NCBI RefSeq assembly: GCF_963521425.1
Contig: NZ_CAUQUN010000005.1
Span: 15,090-79,089, forward strand
Length of the DNA stretch: 64,000 bases
Direction of reading: 5' to 3'
Source: an uncultured Granulicatella sp.
GTDB taxonomy: Bacteria; Bacillota; Bacilli; Lactobacillales; Aerococcaceae
Shown here one piece after another: positions 10,651 through 19,784 of this stretch; position 1 is the stretch's first letter; each line of letters opens with the position of its first letter. Made by a program: the position numbers and the translations under genes. A model generated the notes under the pieces. The model saw nothing but the letters and a program-made list of their open reading frames with translations. It was not told the origin of the DNA and ran no database searches.

Positions 10651-12006
10651 TTAGTCTAAGCCAATTTCTTGACGAACTACATCCGCGATACGCGTTACAT
10701 AATCATGACATAGTTCATCTGTTGGTGCTTCTACCATAACACGTACTAATGGTTCTGTTCCACTTGGACGAACTAAAACACGACCATTTCCTGCCATTTC
10801 AGCTTCCACTGTATCGATAATTTCTTTAATCGCTGGAACTTCCATTGCTCCGTTTTTATCGCTCACTCGAATATTGACTAATTCTTGAGGATAAGTTGGT
10901 ACTTCACTGGCTAATTCACTTAATTTCTTACCTGTTTGTTTCATAACATTCATTAATTGAATTCCTGATAACAATCCATCACCTGTTGTATTTAAATCTA
11001 AGAATACAATATGTCCTGATTGTTCTCCACCGAAGTTATAACCATTTTTACGCATTTCTTCTACAACATAGCGATCCCCTACAGCTGTTTGAAGAGCAAC
11101 CATTCCTTCTTCTTCAACTGCTTTATGGAATCCTAAGTTACTCATGACTGTTGAAACAATTGTATCTTGATTCAATTGACCTACACTACGTAAGTATTTT
11201 CCGCAGATAAACATAATTTTATCGCCATCCACGATTTCTCCATTTTCATCAACAGCAATACAACGGTCTCCATCTCCATCGAAACTTAATCCTAAATCTG
11301 CACCATTTTCTTTCACAAATTCTGCTAAAGCTTCCGGATGTGTTGAACCCACTCCATCATTAATATTCACGCCATTTGGTTTATTTCCCATTGTGTAAAA
11401 TTCTGTTTCTAAATCTGCAAATAAACGATTTAAAACTGCTGAAGTTGCTCCATTCGCACCATCTAACGCTACTTTCATATCTGTTAGAGGACCATCAATT
11501 GTTTGTTGTAAAAATTGACTATATTTCATTGTTCCTTCTAAATAATCATCCACAGTTCCTAATTCATCTGTAGAAGGACGTGGTAATGTATCTTCTGGAC
11601 TATCTAATAAAGCTTCAATTTCTGCTTCTGTTTCATCAGATAATTTAAAACCATCTGCTCCAAAGAATTTAATTCCATTATCTTGTGCTGGATTGTGAGA
11701 TGCAGAAATCATTACCCCTGCTACTGCTCCTTGCACACGTGTTAAATAAGAAACTCCTGGTGTTGGAATAACGCCTAATTGCATCACTTCAATTCCTACA
11801 GATAATAACCCTGCAATTAAAGCATGCTCTAATAATTGTCCTGAAATACGAGTATCTCTTCCGACTAAAACACGTGGATGCTTATCTCCACCGGCTTGTT
11901 GTAATAAGACATAGCCACCAAAACGTCCTAATTTAAACGCTAATTCTGGTGTTAATTCAGCATTCGCTACTCCTCTTACACCATCTGTTCCAAAATATTT
12001 GCCCAT
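10651..12006 (-). CDS. glmM: Phosphoglucosamine mutase
   Basis: [36 protein letters not shown]. Confidence 0.97.
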   Translation of the reverse strand: MGKYFGTDGVRGVANAELTPELAFKLGRFGGYVLLQQAGGDKHPRVLVGRDTRISGQLLEHALIAGLLSVGIEVMQLGVIPTPGVSYLTRVQGAVAGVMISASHNPAQDNGIKFFGADGFKLSDETEAEIEALLDSPEDTLPRPSTDELGTVDDYLEGTMKYSQFLQQTIDGPLTDMKVALDGANGATSAVLNRLFADLETEFYTMGNKPNGVNINDGVGSTHPEALAEFVKENGADLGLSFDGDGDRCIAVDENGEIVDGDKIMFICGKYLRSVGQLNQDTIVSTVMSNLGFHKAVEEEGMVALQTAVGDRYVVEEMRKNGYNFGGEQSGHIVFLDLNTTGDGLLSGIQLMNVMKQTGKKLSELASEVPTYPQELVNIRVSDKNGAMEVPAIKEIIDTVEAEMAGNGRVLVRPSGTEPLVRVMVEAPTDELCHDYVTRIADVVRQEIGLD

Positions 12007-12036
12007 GTTCAATCTCCTTTAAAATTCAATCATTTT

Positions 12037-13071
12037 CTATTGTCTTGTTGTTTGTGTAGTTTCTGTTGTCTGTGTAGTTTCTGTAGTTTCTGTTGTCTGC
12101 GTAGTTTCTGGTGTTTCTGGTGTTGTAGATGTAACAACTACTTCAACAGAAATATTTTCTGGATTAATACTATCCACTCCAGTTGGAAGAGTTATCTTCA
12201 CAACTTGTGTTGTTGTTTTTGTCACTTGACTGACATCTACGACTACTGGAATTGCTGTCAATCGACCCAACACTTCTTGAGCTCCTAAAATTGTAACCTC
12301 TTTGGTATCAGATTTCAACTGATAGGAATATTGCGTACCTGCACTTCCTGTTGTTGTTAATATAATAGGAACTTTTTTACTATTTGTTGTAATTGGTACT
12401 CTTACTTGAACTTGCTCTGGTTCTACCTTTAGTGCCAGAGGTTTTCCTGTTGCATCCAACGCTTGTACTGCAACGGAAGATGTATAATCTGCTTTCGTAT
12501 TTTCTGGCACTGTAACATTTGCGATAACCTTCTCTACTTGGTTAATAAGTGATTCTGATCCAGAAATCGTTACTCTAGCAGGACTCACTAAAGCTTGTCC
12601 ATTTTTATAAGCGCCTGGTAAATTCGCACGATTTACATTAACTGAAACTGGTAATTCTATTGTCGCTTTCTTTTCAATTATAATCTCAACTGTCTCTGGA
12701 GAAACCGTCCCTTTTACTCCTGAAGGTAACCCTGTTACTTGTAAAGTAATCATATGTTTTCCTGCTCCTAATTCATTTAAGTTAGGAGTTTTCACACGAT
12801 ACGAACCATTTCCTACAACCGTTAATAGAGAACTACTAGATCCTTCTACCCTTAAAGTAACAGCTTCCGGCAATCCAGTTACTGTATATAATTGACTATC
12901 CATATCAACATATACAGGAACGTTTCCAATTGTATTCGAAGTTGTCTGAATAGAAACAGCTGATGATTGTCTACTTGGACTTGATTCACTTGCGTATACA
13001 AATAAAGCCATCGTCAAAACAAAAGATATTAGTACTAAAAATGATTTTTTTGTCATCCACTTACTAATCAT
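12037..13071 (-). CDS. cdaR: CdaA regulator with YbbR repeats
   Basis: N-terminal TM, YbbR-like repeats, lies between cdaA and glmM. Confidence 0.92.
   Translation of the reverse strand: MISKWMTKKSFLVLISFVLTMALFVYASESSPSRQSSAVSIQTTSNTIGNVPVYVDMDSQLYTVTGLPEAVTLRVEGSSSSLLTVVGNGSYRVKTPNLNELGAGKHMITLQVTGLPSGVKGTVSPETVEIIIEKKATIELPVSVNVNRANLPGAYKNGQALVSPARVTISGSESLINQVEKVIANVTVPENTKADYTSSVAVQALDATGKPLALKVEPEQVQVRVPITTNSKKVPIILTTTGSAGTQYSYQLKSDTKEVTILGAQEVLGRLTAIPVVVDVSQVTKTTTQVVKITLPTGVDSINPENISVEVVVTSTTPETPETTQTTETTETTQTTETTQTTRQ
12046..12126 (-). repeat. 9-bp-period coding repeat giving a Thr-rich CdaR tail
   Basis: Encodes TTPETPETTQTTETTETTQTTETTQTT. Confidence 0.8.
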
Positions 13072-13912
13072 TGATTCGACCTCCTCTAAAGAAATCGATA
13101 ATCATTGTTAAAATTGTCGAATCTTTTTGAGAAGTTTCTTTAGTAATTAAATGTTCACTTAAAACTTCTACAAATTCATCTGGAGTTAGCTCACGTAATA
13201 ATTTTTCACGCAGTGCGACACTAACTTTCCCCGTTTCTTCTGAAATAACAATAATTAAAGCATCTGTTACTTCACTTAATCCGATAGCTGCACGATGTCT
13301 TGTTCCTAATTCTTTAGGAATAAATTTACTTTCAGATAATGGTAAATAACATGCCGCTGCTTCCACTTCATGACCTCGAATAATAACTGCCCCATCATGT
13401 AGGGGTGTATTCGGAATAAAAATTTGCGTCATTAATTGGTTTGAAATTCGTGATTGTAACGCAATACCCGTATTAATATATTCTTCTAAAGAATTCGATT
13501 GCTCAATACAAATTAATGCCCCTATTCTTCTTTTCGCCATATATTGTACAGAAATATTTAACTCTTCAATCATCCTTTGAGCTTGATTCGTTCCCGAAGC
13601 TCTCTTTGAAAAAAAGTTCGAACGACCAATATGTTCTAATCCTCTTCGAATTTCTGGTTGAAAGACGACAATGGCTCCAACAACTCCCCATTGAATCACT
13701 AAATTCATAATCCAATCAAGAGTAATTAATCCAAACATATAACTGATGAATTTAACTCCTGCAATGACTGCCAATCCCTTCATCAAATGTACAGCCCTTG
13801 TACCTTTCATGATGAGTAATAAATTATATAATAGATACCAAACAATCACAATATCGACAATATTACGAATGCTACTCCATGCACCTAGACTACTCCAATT
13901 AAATTGCATCAC
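13064..13912 (-). CDS. cdaA: Diadenylate cyclase
   Basis: Three TM helices, FQPEIRR, PLHDGAV, GTRHRAA. Confidence 0.96.
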   Translation of the reverse strand: MMQFNWSSLGAWSSIRNIVDIVIVWYLLYNLLLIMKGTRAVHLMKGLAVIAGVKFISYMFGLITLDWIMNLVIQWGVVGAIVVFQPEIRRGLEHIGRSNFFSKRASGTNQAQRMIEELNISVQYMAKRRIGALICIEQSNSLEEYINTGIALQSRISNQLMTQIFIPNTPLHDGAVIIRGHEVEAAACYLPLSESKFIPKELGTRHRAAIGLSEVTDALIIVISEETGKVSVALREKLLRELTPDEFVEVLSEHLITKETSQKDSTILTMIIDFFRGGRIND

Positions 13913-14061
13913 TCAACCCCCATTTCTATATCTTCTTTAGTTTATACCTTTTCTAAAAACATTACAACTGCCCCCAGCGTGAACTTATTTATATTTTATT
14001 CTTTGACAGTAAATTTCTCTCCGTGTTACACTACAATCAACTGATGAAGGGAGGATTTATC

Positions 14062-14367
14062 ATGCAAAAAAGTTATTTTAATGGAGATATACTAACGTAT
14101 ATTTTTAGTTGCATTATTTCATTTTTTATTATCACATTTACCTTTGGATTAGGAACTCCTTGGGCAGTTTGCATTTTGTATAAATGGGAAATTGAACATA
14201 CCGTTGTTGAAGGACGACGACTTGGATTTAATGGTACTGCGCTTGAATTATTTAGAAACTGGGTCAAATGGTTTTTCTTATGTATTATCACATTAGGAAT
14301 CTATGGCTTCTGGGTCCATATTAAAATACTAGAATGGAAAGCTGAACATACTTATTTCTTAGATTAA
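14062..14367 (+). CDS. DUF898-like small membrane protein
   Basis: ITFTFGLGTPWA...EGRRLGFNG...IITLGIYGFW; GGAGG RBS. Confidence 0.75.
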   Translation: MQKSYFNGDILTYIFSCIISFFIITFTFGLGTPWAVCILYKWEIEHTVVEGRRLGFNGTALELFRNWVKWFFLCIITLGIYGFWVHIKILEWKAEHTYFLD

Positions 14368-14407
14368 AATAAAAAACCACTCCGCCTAACGTTACGGAGT
14401 GGTTTTG

Positions 14408-15337
14408 TTATGCCACATTCTTGTCTTTTTGCTGAACTCGTTTAGCGATATACGCCGTTAAAATTGGTGTTAAAATAGCCGTCACAATAACAGAAGCTGT
14501 AATTTGAGTTGTAGCAGTTGCTTCAATTGCTTTAAAGGAAGCATCTACCGCAGAAAGAGCAGCTGGTGTCGCAATAGCACTTGCAGCCGTACTAGAAATC
14601 GCAGCACCTGCAACCCCATTTCCTCCAGACAATTTATCTGCAGCAATCGCTGCAACCCCACCAATTAAGGTTGTAATCACACCTAATAAAATACCAGGTA
14701 ATCCACCTTCAAGAATTTGTCCAAAATTCATATTTGCCCCTAAACAAAATCCTACAACAATTATAATCGCTGTAATTCCGTTTGAAAGAACTTTCTTCAT
14801 ATAAGGAAAGGCATTTCCTAAAATAATCCCAATAATGAGTGGTAAAATCGTTCCAATCAAGTTCCAAATGGAAATATTCGCTAATCCTGCGGTACTTAAC
14901 ACCGCCATTGTTACCATTGGACCAACACTTAAAGTAGTAATCCCAACAGCACCAGCATCAATTTCATCACCATATACTTCTACAATCCCAGCATACATCG
15001 CATTATTCGCTACTGAAATTGCTCCAATTACCGCTACTGCGCTCAATCCTAAGAAATTATCATTGAAAACTTTTGCCACTAATAATCCTAGAATAATGGA
15101 TACAATAATTTTAGCGATAATAATAGACGCCCCACGAACAACAGCCTTCGGTGTATTTTTTAGGGAAATCGTTCCACCAATGACAAATAAGAACGCACCA
15201 ACCAATGGCCCAGCACCTTTTACAATCGGTGTTGTAAATCCTCCAATTTGCAAGATTTGAGGGATAAATGTATTAATAAAACATCCAATAAACATAGGAA
15301 CAATAATAGTATCCCCAGGAATTTTAATCTTTTTCAT
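14408..15337 (-). CDS. kdgT: 2-keto-3-deoxygluconate permease family transporter
   Basis: KIPGD..IVPMFIG..INTF.P, about 10 TM, STAASAIATP; start uncertain. Confidence 0.82.
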   Translation of the reverse strand: MKKIKIPGDTIIVPMFIGCFINTFIPQILQIGGFTTPIVKGAGPLVGAFLFVIGGTISLKNTPKAVVRGASIIIAKIIVSIILGLLVAKVFNDNFLGLSAVAVIGAISVANNAMYAGIVEVYGDEIDAGAVGITTLSVGPMVTMAVLSTAGLANISIWNLIGTILPLIIGIILGNAFPYMKKVLSNGITAIIIVVGFCLGANMNFGQILEGGLPGILLGVITTLIGGVAAIAADKLSGGNGVAGAAISSTAASAIATPAALSAVDASFKAIEATATTQITASVIVTAILTPILTAYIAKRVQQKDKNVA

Positions 15338-15381
15338 CACATTCACATACCTTTTTGAAATTTTTTTGAACGGAAGAAGAA

Positions 15382-16131
15382 TCAACCATCTAACGTAATA
15401 CCGCCATCGCAGTCGCCGATTTCCCCTGTAATAAAGCTTGCTAAATCACTGGCAAAGAATAGAATCATTTGAGCAATTTCAACAGGTTCAGCACGACGTC
15501 CTAATGGAATCATACTAATCACTTTTTGACTCTTTTCTTTATCTTCAGAAAGCACCGTTGTCATATCTGTTCTTGTAAATGATGGACATACCGCATTACA
15601 AGCAATATTGTATTTTCCTCCTTCTTTAGCAACTGCTTTTGTTAATCCATTCAAGCCTGCTTTAGAAGAAGCATACGCTGCAGTTCCTAGAAGACCTCCC
15701 CCTAATTTTGCAGCAACAGAAGAAACATTGACAATTCTACCTCCTTTATTTTCAATAAAGTGAGGGAAAATCGTACTAATCGTTGAGAAACATCCAGAAA
15801 GATTAATACGAATTGTTCTTTCCCATTCTTCATACGTCAATTGATCGAAAGGTTTTGCACTAATCACTCCTGCACAATTGACTAAAATATCTACTTTACG
15901 TTTAGATAGAATCTTATTTATACTTGCAACAATGGATTCATGATTTCCTAGATCCATATATTCAAAGATAGTATGGTCTGCTCCAAACTCGGCTACCGTT
16001 TTCGTAGCAGCAGCTTCATTAATATCTGCAATCACTACAAAACCTCCACCTTCAACAATTCCTCTTACTACTTCTTTTCCAATCCCATTTGCTCCACCTG
16101 TCACGATAGCAACTTTTCCTGAAAAATTCAT
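15382..16131 (-). CDS. SDR family oxidoreductase
   Basis: TGGANGIG, VNCAG, YASSK catalytic motif. Confidence 0.92.
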   Translation of the reverse strand: MNFSGKVAIVTGGANGIGKEVVRGIVEGGGFVVIADINEAAATKTVAEFGADHTIFEYMDLGNHESIVASINKILSKRKVDILVNCAGVISAKPFDQLTYEEWERTIRINLSGCFSTISTIFPHFIENKGGRIVNVSSVAAKLGGGLLGTAAYASSKAGLNGLTKAVAKEGGKYNIACNAVCPSFTRTDMTTVLSEDKEKSQKVISMIPLGRRAEPVEIAQMILFFASDLASFITGEIGDCDGGITLDG

Positions 16132-16249
16132 AAAAATCACTTCCTTTGATTTATTGTTTACATTCTATTCCTGTGAAAAAATCTGATTGTTATCATTTGT
16201 TACTATTTTCACAGTTTTTTATAAATTTTATCAAATTTACGTACAACTA

Positions 16250-16278
16250 AAAAAACCTGTTGGATCCACCAACAGGTT
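16250..16278 (-). terminator. Terminator after rhaD
   Basis: AACCTGTTGG...CCAACAGGTT plus a U-run on the minus strand. Confidence 0.7.
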
Positions 16279-16293
16279 ACTAATTTGTTCAAA

Positions 16294-17127
16294 TTAATCT
16301 AAATATCTTTCTGGTACTTTTAGAACAGCACAGATTTTCTTCAAATCTTCTTTAGATAGAACATTACTTTCATAAATGCTCTTACCACTGATTCGTTGAA
16401 CATCTAATGCAATATGGGCTGCTTTATCAGCAGTTTCAATTAATCCGAAGCAATCTTGATAATCTACACCAGTAGAAAGAACTCCATGTTTGCTCCAAAC
16501 AACTAAACGATGAGTTTCCAATTCTTTAGCTGTAGCAGAACCAATTTGTTGAGTTCCTGGTACTTCCCAAGGTAGAACAGCGATTCCATCAGGGAATACT
16601 ACGATTGATTCAGTTAACACTGACCATAAATCTAATGATAAAGATTCAGTTGTTACATCATTTAATAAGCAGTAAGTTACAACATTTGTTGCATGATTAT
16701 GAATCACTACTCTATGATTTGGATTTTGTTTTAATCTAGCCGCATGAGATAATACATGCATGAAGATTTCACTTGTAGGACGTTTTCCTGTAACAAAACC
16801 TGCAACTACTTGATAACCTTTATCTGTTAATTGAATAATACCAGTATCCGCATGTGGTTGAGAATGTAATGTTCTAAAATGGCTTCCAGAAGCAGTAATT
16901 AGGATATATTCTCCTCTCACATGTTCTGGAACATCTAAAACTTCCACTTCTTTTCTATTATCAGCATAGTACGTATATTCTGTACCAGCTAAGCTGCTTT
17001 CAAGATTTTCAGCTTCTTCAACTGTTAAACGATAACTAACATTTCCTCCGTTATATTCGTCCCAGCCTTTATTCCACATATCATATGTCACTTGACATAA
17101 TCCTTCAATAAACTTAGGATACCCCAT
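16294..17127 (-). CDS. rhaD: Rhamnulose-1-phosphate aldolase (class II)
   Basis: GWDEYNGGNVS, PTSE, HNHAT, WSKHG metal ligands, FGLIETADKAA. Confidence 0.88.
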   Translation of the reverse strand: MGYPKFIEGLCQVTYDMWNKGWDEYNGGNVSYRLTVEEAENLESSLAGTEYTYYADNRKEVEVLDVPEHVRGEYILITASGSHFRTLHSQPHADTGIIQLTDKGYQVVAGFVTGKRPTSEIFMHVLSHAARLKQNPNHRVVIHNHATNVVTYCLLNDVTTESLSLDLWSVLTESIVVFPDGIAVLPWEVPGTQQIGSATAKELETHRLVVWSKHGVLSTGVDYQDCFGLIETADKAAHIALDVQRISGKSIYESNVLSKEDLKKICAVLKVPERYLD

Positions 17128-17198
17128 AATTATTCCCCTTCTTTAACTATAATATTTTTCAGCCGTACCTGAAAAAATTTTTTTGTTTATCCAACATA

Positions 17199-17227
17199 AT
17201 AGTAACCGTTTTCTTGACTGTCGTCAA
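17199..17227 (-). promoter_or_regulatory. rhaD promoter with an overlapping cre-like site
   Basis: TTGACG-17-TACTAT; AGTAACCGTTTTCT (17201-17214) resembles the CcpA cre. Confidence 0.55.
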
Positions 17228-17484
17228 CCGAATTTGTTTAATTTTTAATAATTTATGCGTGATTTATCTCAATCCGTTATTATTATAAAATTTTACTGAG
17301 ATTAAGTATTTAATTAAACAAATTCTATAAACGAATCCCAATATCTATTCTACAAAAAGAACGGATCCCTATAATGAGATCCATTCTTTGATTTCTTCAA
17401 ATTTTTCCCATTCAACCGAATTCAAATTTATTGATTCTTCTATTCTATCTATTTCTAAACTAATTCTTTGAATTTTCGTCTTAT

Positions 17485-17664
17485 TTACGATTCTTTTTTA
17501 GTGCTACGGACTTTCTTAAATCTGCTTTCATCAAATTCCTTGAATAAATTTTGCTTATCTAAGTAAATAGCAACAGGTAAAATTAATACCGTTAACCAAA
17601 TAATCTGGGAAATGATAGAATAGACAAATAGTATACCTAATACTAAAATAAGCAACTTCTTCAT
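17485..17664 (-). CDS. Small membrane protein (59 aa) following PTS IIC; absent from the ORF track
   Basis: MKKLLILVLGILFVYSIISQIIWLTVLILPVAIYLDKQ...; starts 1 nt after the IIC stop. Confidence 0.6.
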   Translation of the reverse strand: MKKLLILVLGILFVYSIISQIIWLTVLILPVAIYLDKQNLFKEFDESRFKKVRSTKKES

Positions 17665-17665
17665 T

Positions 17666-19006
17666 CTATTCGCCTACTTCTAATGTTTCATTATATTTCT
17701 TTCTATCTTTTAATAGCCATACATAAAGAGCTAACCATACAACTCCTAATACAATAGCGATAACATCTCCATTAAATCCATTTGCTAAAATATAACGAAT
17801 GTCTGGCCCTTCAAAAGTAGCCCATGAAATTAACCCACTTTGATTTAATGTTTTTGTTTCTTCTGCTAAACGGGTCATATATGGAGTGAAGTAAGTTGCT
17901 CCATATAAGAATAAAGGAGTAGAAATTAAACCATGAACTATCATTCTTAATACATTACCATTTGTTAATAATAGAGCTCCTACAACAAATGATAAATTAA
18001 TAATACCTGCAAATGGTAATACAATATTATTTGGTAAAACGATAGATCCAACTAAAAGGAATGGAATTGTAAAGATAACTGCTACCCATAATTCATTACG
18101 TCCACCAAGTACTGGCCAGTCTAAACCAATATAAACTTCACGATCTTCAAATTTTTCACGCATAAAGTCAGATACTGCTTCTGAAATTGGTGATAAGGCT
18201 TGAGAGAATAATTTTGATACCATTGGGAATAAAGTTAAAGCTGTTGCGGCTTGAACTGAAAGAGTTAATGCATATTTAATACCATTACCAGATGCAGCCC
18301 CTAATGCAAACCCAATAATAGCCCCCATTACTCCATTTTCACCAAATACACCAATTTTTTCTTTTAATGTGTCCGCATCAAATTGTTTATTTAAAACAGG
18401 AATTTTTTTCAACAATTCATCAATTGGATGTAAAATTACTGCAATCAGACAAATAAAGTGAGGCACTGTAATCCCTGGCACTCCAGTTAAGCGTTCTACC
18501 TCTGGTGCAAATACATCTCCAAGTTTTAGTTCTAATACAATAATAATAGCTGCTGCAATAAATCCTAAGAAAATGTTATTTGTAAAGTACGTTACAATTA
18601 CTGCTGTAAAAATTTTATTCCAAACATTCCATAAATCTACATTTAATGTTTTTGTTTGTTTAGTAACCAACATGATAAAGTTAATTGCTAATTGCAATGG
18701 GAACACTAAGAAAGCATACGGCCAAGCCCAACTAATTGCTGCAGCACCAGGCCAACCAATATCAACCGCTGGTAAACTTAATCCAGTATGAGTTGTTAAA
18801 TCATTTGCTGCTGCTCCCATACTTGTCATTATAAAGTTTACAAGAATTCCCATACCTGTAAATGCAATCCCTAGAGTTAACGCTGCTGTGAAAGCTTCTC
18901 TGAACTTCATTTTCATTGCTAATCCAACAATTAACATTAAAAATGGAACAAATACTGCAGCTCCTAAATCCAAAATATATTGAATAATTACTTGCAAGGT
19001 TTCCAT
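17666..19006 (-). CDS. gatC: PTS galactitol-family IIC
   Basis: DIGWP, TLNVDLWNVW, YIGLDW. Confidence 0.9.
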   Translation of the reverse strand: METLQVIIQYILDLGAAVFVPFLMLIVGLAMKMKFREAFTAALTLGIAFTGMGILVNFIMTSMGAAANDLTTHTGLSLPAVDIGWPGAAAISWAWPYAFLVFPLQLAINFIMLVTKQTKTLNVDLWNVWNKIFTAVIVTYFTNNIFLGFIAAAIIIVLELKLGDVFAPEVERLTGVPGITVPHFICLIAVILHPIDELLKKIPVLNKQFDADTLKEKIGVFGENGVMGAIIGFALGAASGNGIKYALTLSVQAATALTLFPMVSKLFSQALSPISEAVSDFMREKFEDREVYIGLDWPVLGGRNELWVAVIFTIPFLLVGSIVLPNNIVLPFAGIINLSFVVGALLLTNGNVLRMIVHGLISTPLFLYGATYFTPYMTRLAEETKTLNQSGLISWATFEGPDIRYILANGFNGDVIAIVLGVVWLALYVWLLKDRKKYNETLEVGE

Positions 19007-19017
19007 AATTTTTCCTC

Positions 19018-19296
19018 CTAACTATTTAAGAAATCTATAATTTTTTGTAACTCTTGTTTTTGACCCATTCCTGTTAAAAATGCAATTCCGTTAAATACTG
19101 GAACCCCATAGTCTTTTTTTGCTTTAACGATTGAAATATATCCATCTGCTGATTTTAAATGCATTTCTAATGCCTTCATATCTACAGCTTCAATCTCGCA
19201 AGGTACATTAGCTTCTTTTAATAATCTTTCAACTTTTGATGCTACTGTTTGAGAAGTAGCCACTCCTGATCCACATGCAACAATTAATTTTTTCAT
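19018..19296 (-). CDS. gatB: PTS galactitol-family IIB
   Basis: VACGSGVATS phospho-Cys loop. Confidence 0.9.
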   Translation of the reverse strand: MKKLIVACGSGVATSQTVASKVERLLKEANVPCEIEAVDMKALEMHLKSADGYISIVKAKKDYGVPVFNGIAFLTGMGQKQELQKIIDFLNS

Positions 19297-19772
19297 AACT
19301 CTTCCTCCATTTCTACTGTTACAAATAATTGATAAACTTCTTCTTCCGATTTTGCATTTTGCAATTTTGTAATAAATTCATCTTGTCCAAAAATATTCAT
19401 TAGTTCAACTAACAAACCTGTTTGATTTTTTGGTTCAGAAATTCCTAATACAATTACAAAATTCACAGGAACCTCTTCATCCGATGTTCCCATCTGAATG
19501 AAAGTTATAGGTTTTGATAATTTAACAATGTAAATAAATGGTTTTTTTACATATTCACTATACGTATGTGGAATTGCTACTGCAGTTTTTTCTAATCTTA
19601 ACCCTGTTGGAAACTCCTCCTCTCTTTCCACAATTGCAGATGCAAATCCATCTGTTACAAACCCTTTATCAAACAAAGTTTTAGACAATTTTTGAAGTAA
19701 TTCTTGTTTGTCCTCACCCACTCCTTCTAAATTAATTAATTGTTTATTGACTAACTGTGATATAATTGTCAT
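19293..19772 (-). CDS. gatA: PTS galactitol-family IIA
   Basis: REEEFPTGL...VAIPHT. Confidence 0.88.
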   Translation of the reverse strand: MTIISQLVNKQLINLEGVGEDKQELLQKLSKTLFDKGFVTDGFASAIVEREEEFPTGLRLEKTAVAIPHTYSEYVKKPFIYIVKLSKPITFIQMGTSDEEVPVNFVIVLGISEPKNQTGLLVELMNIFGQDEFITKLQNAKSEEEVYQLFVTVEMEEEL

Positions 19773-19784
19773 TTTTCTCACTCC

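Noticed and set aside
12040..12288. Cys-rich 82-aa ORF resembling a metallothionein or RiPP
   Set aside because: Antisense reading of the cdaR Thr repeat; TTG start without RBS.
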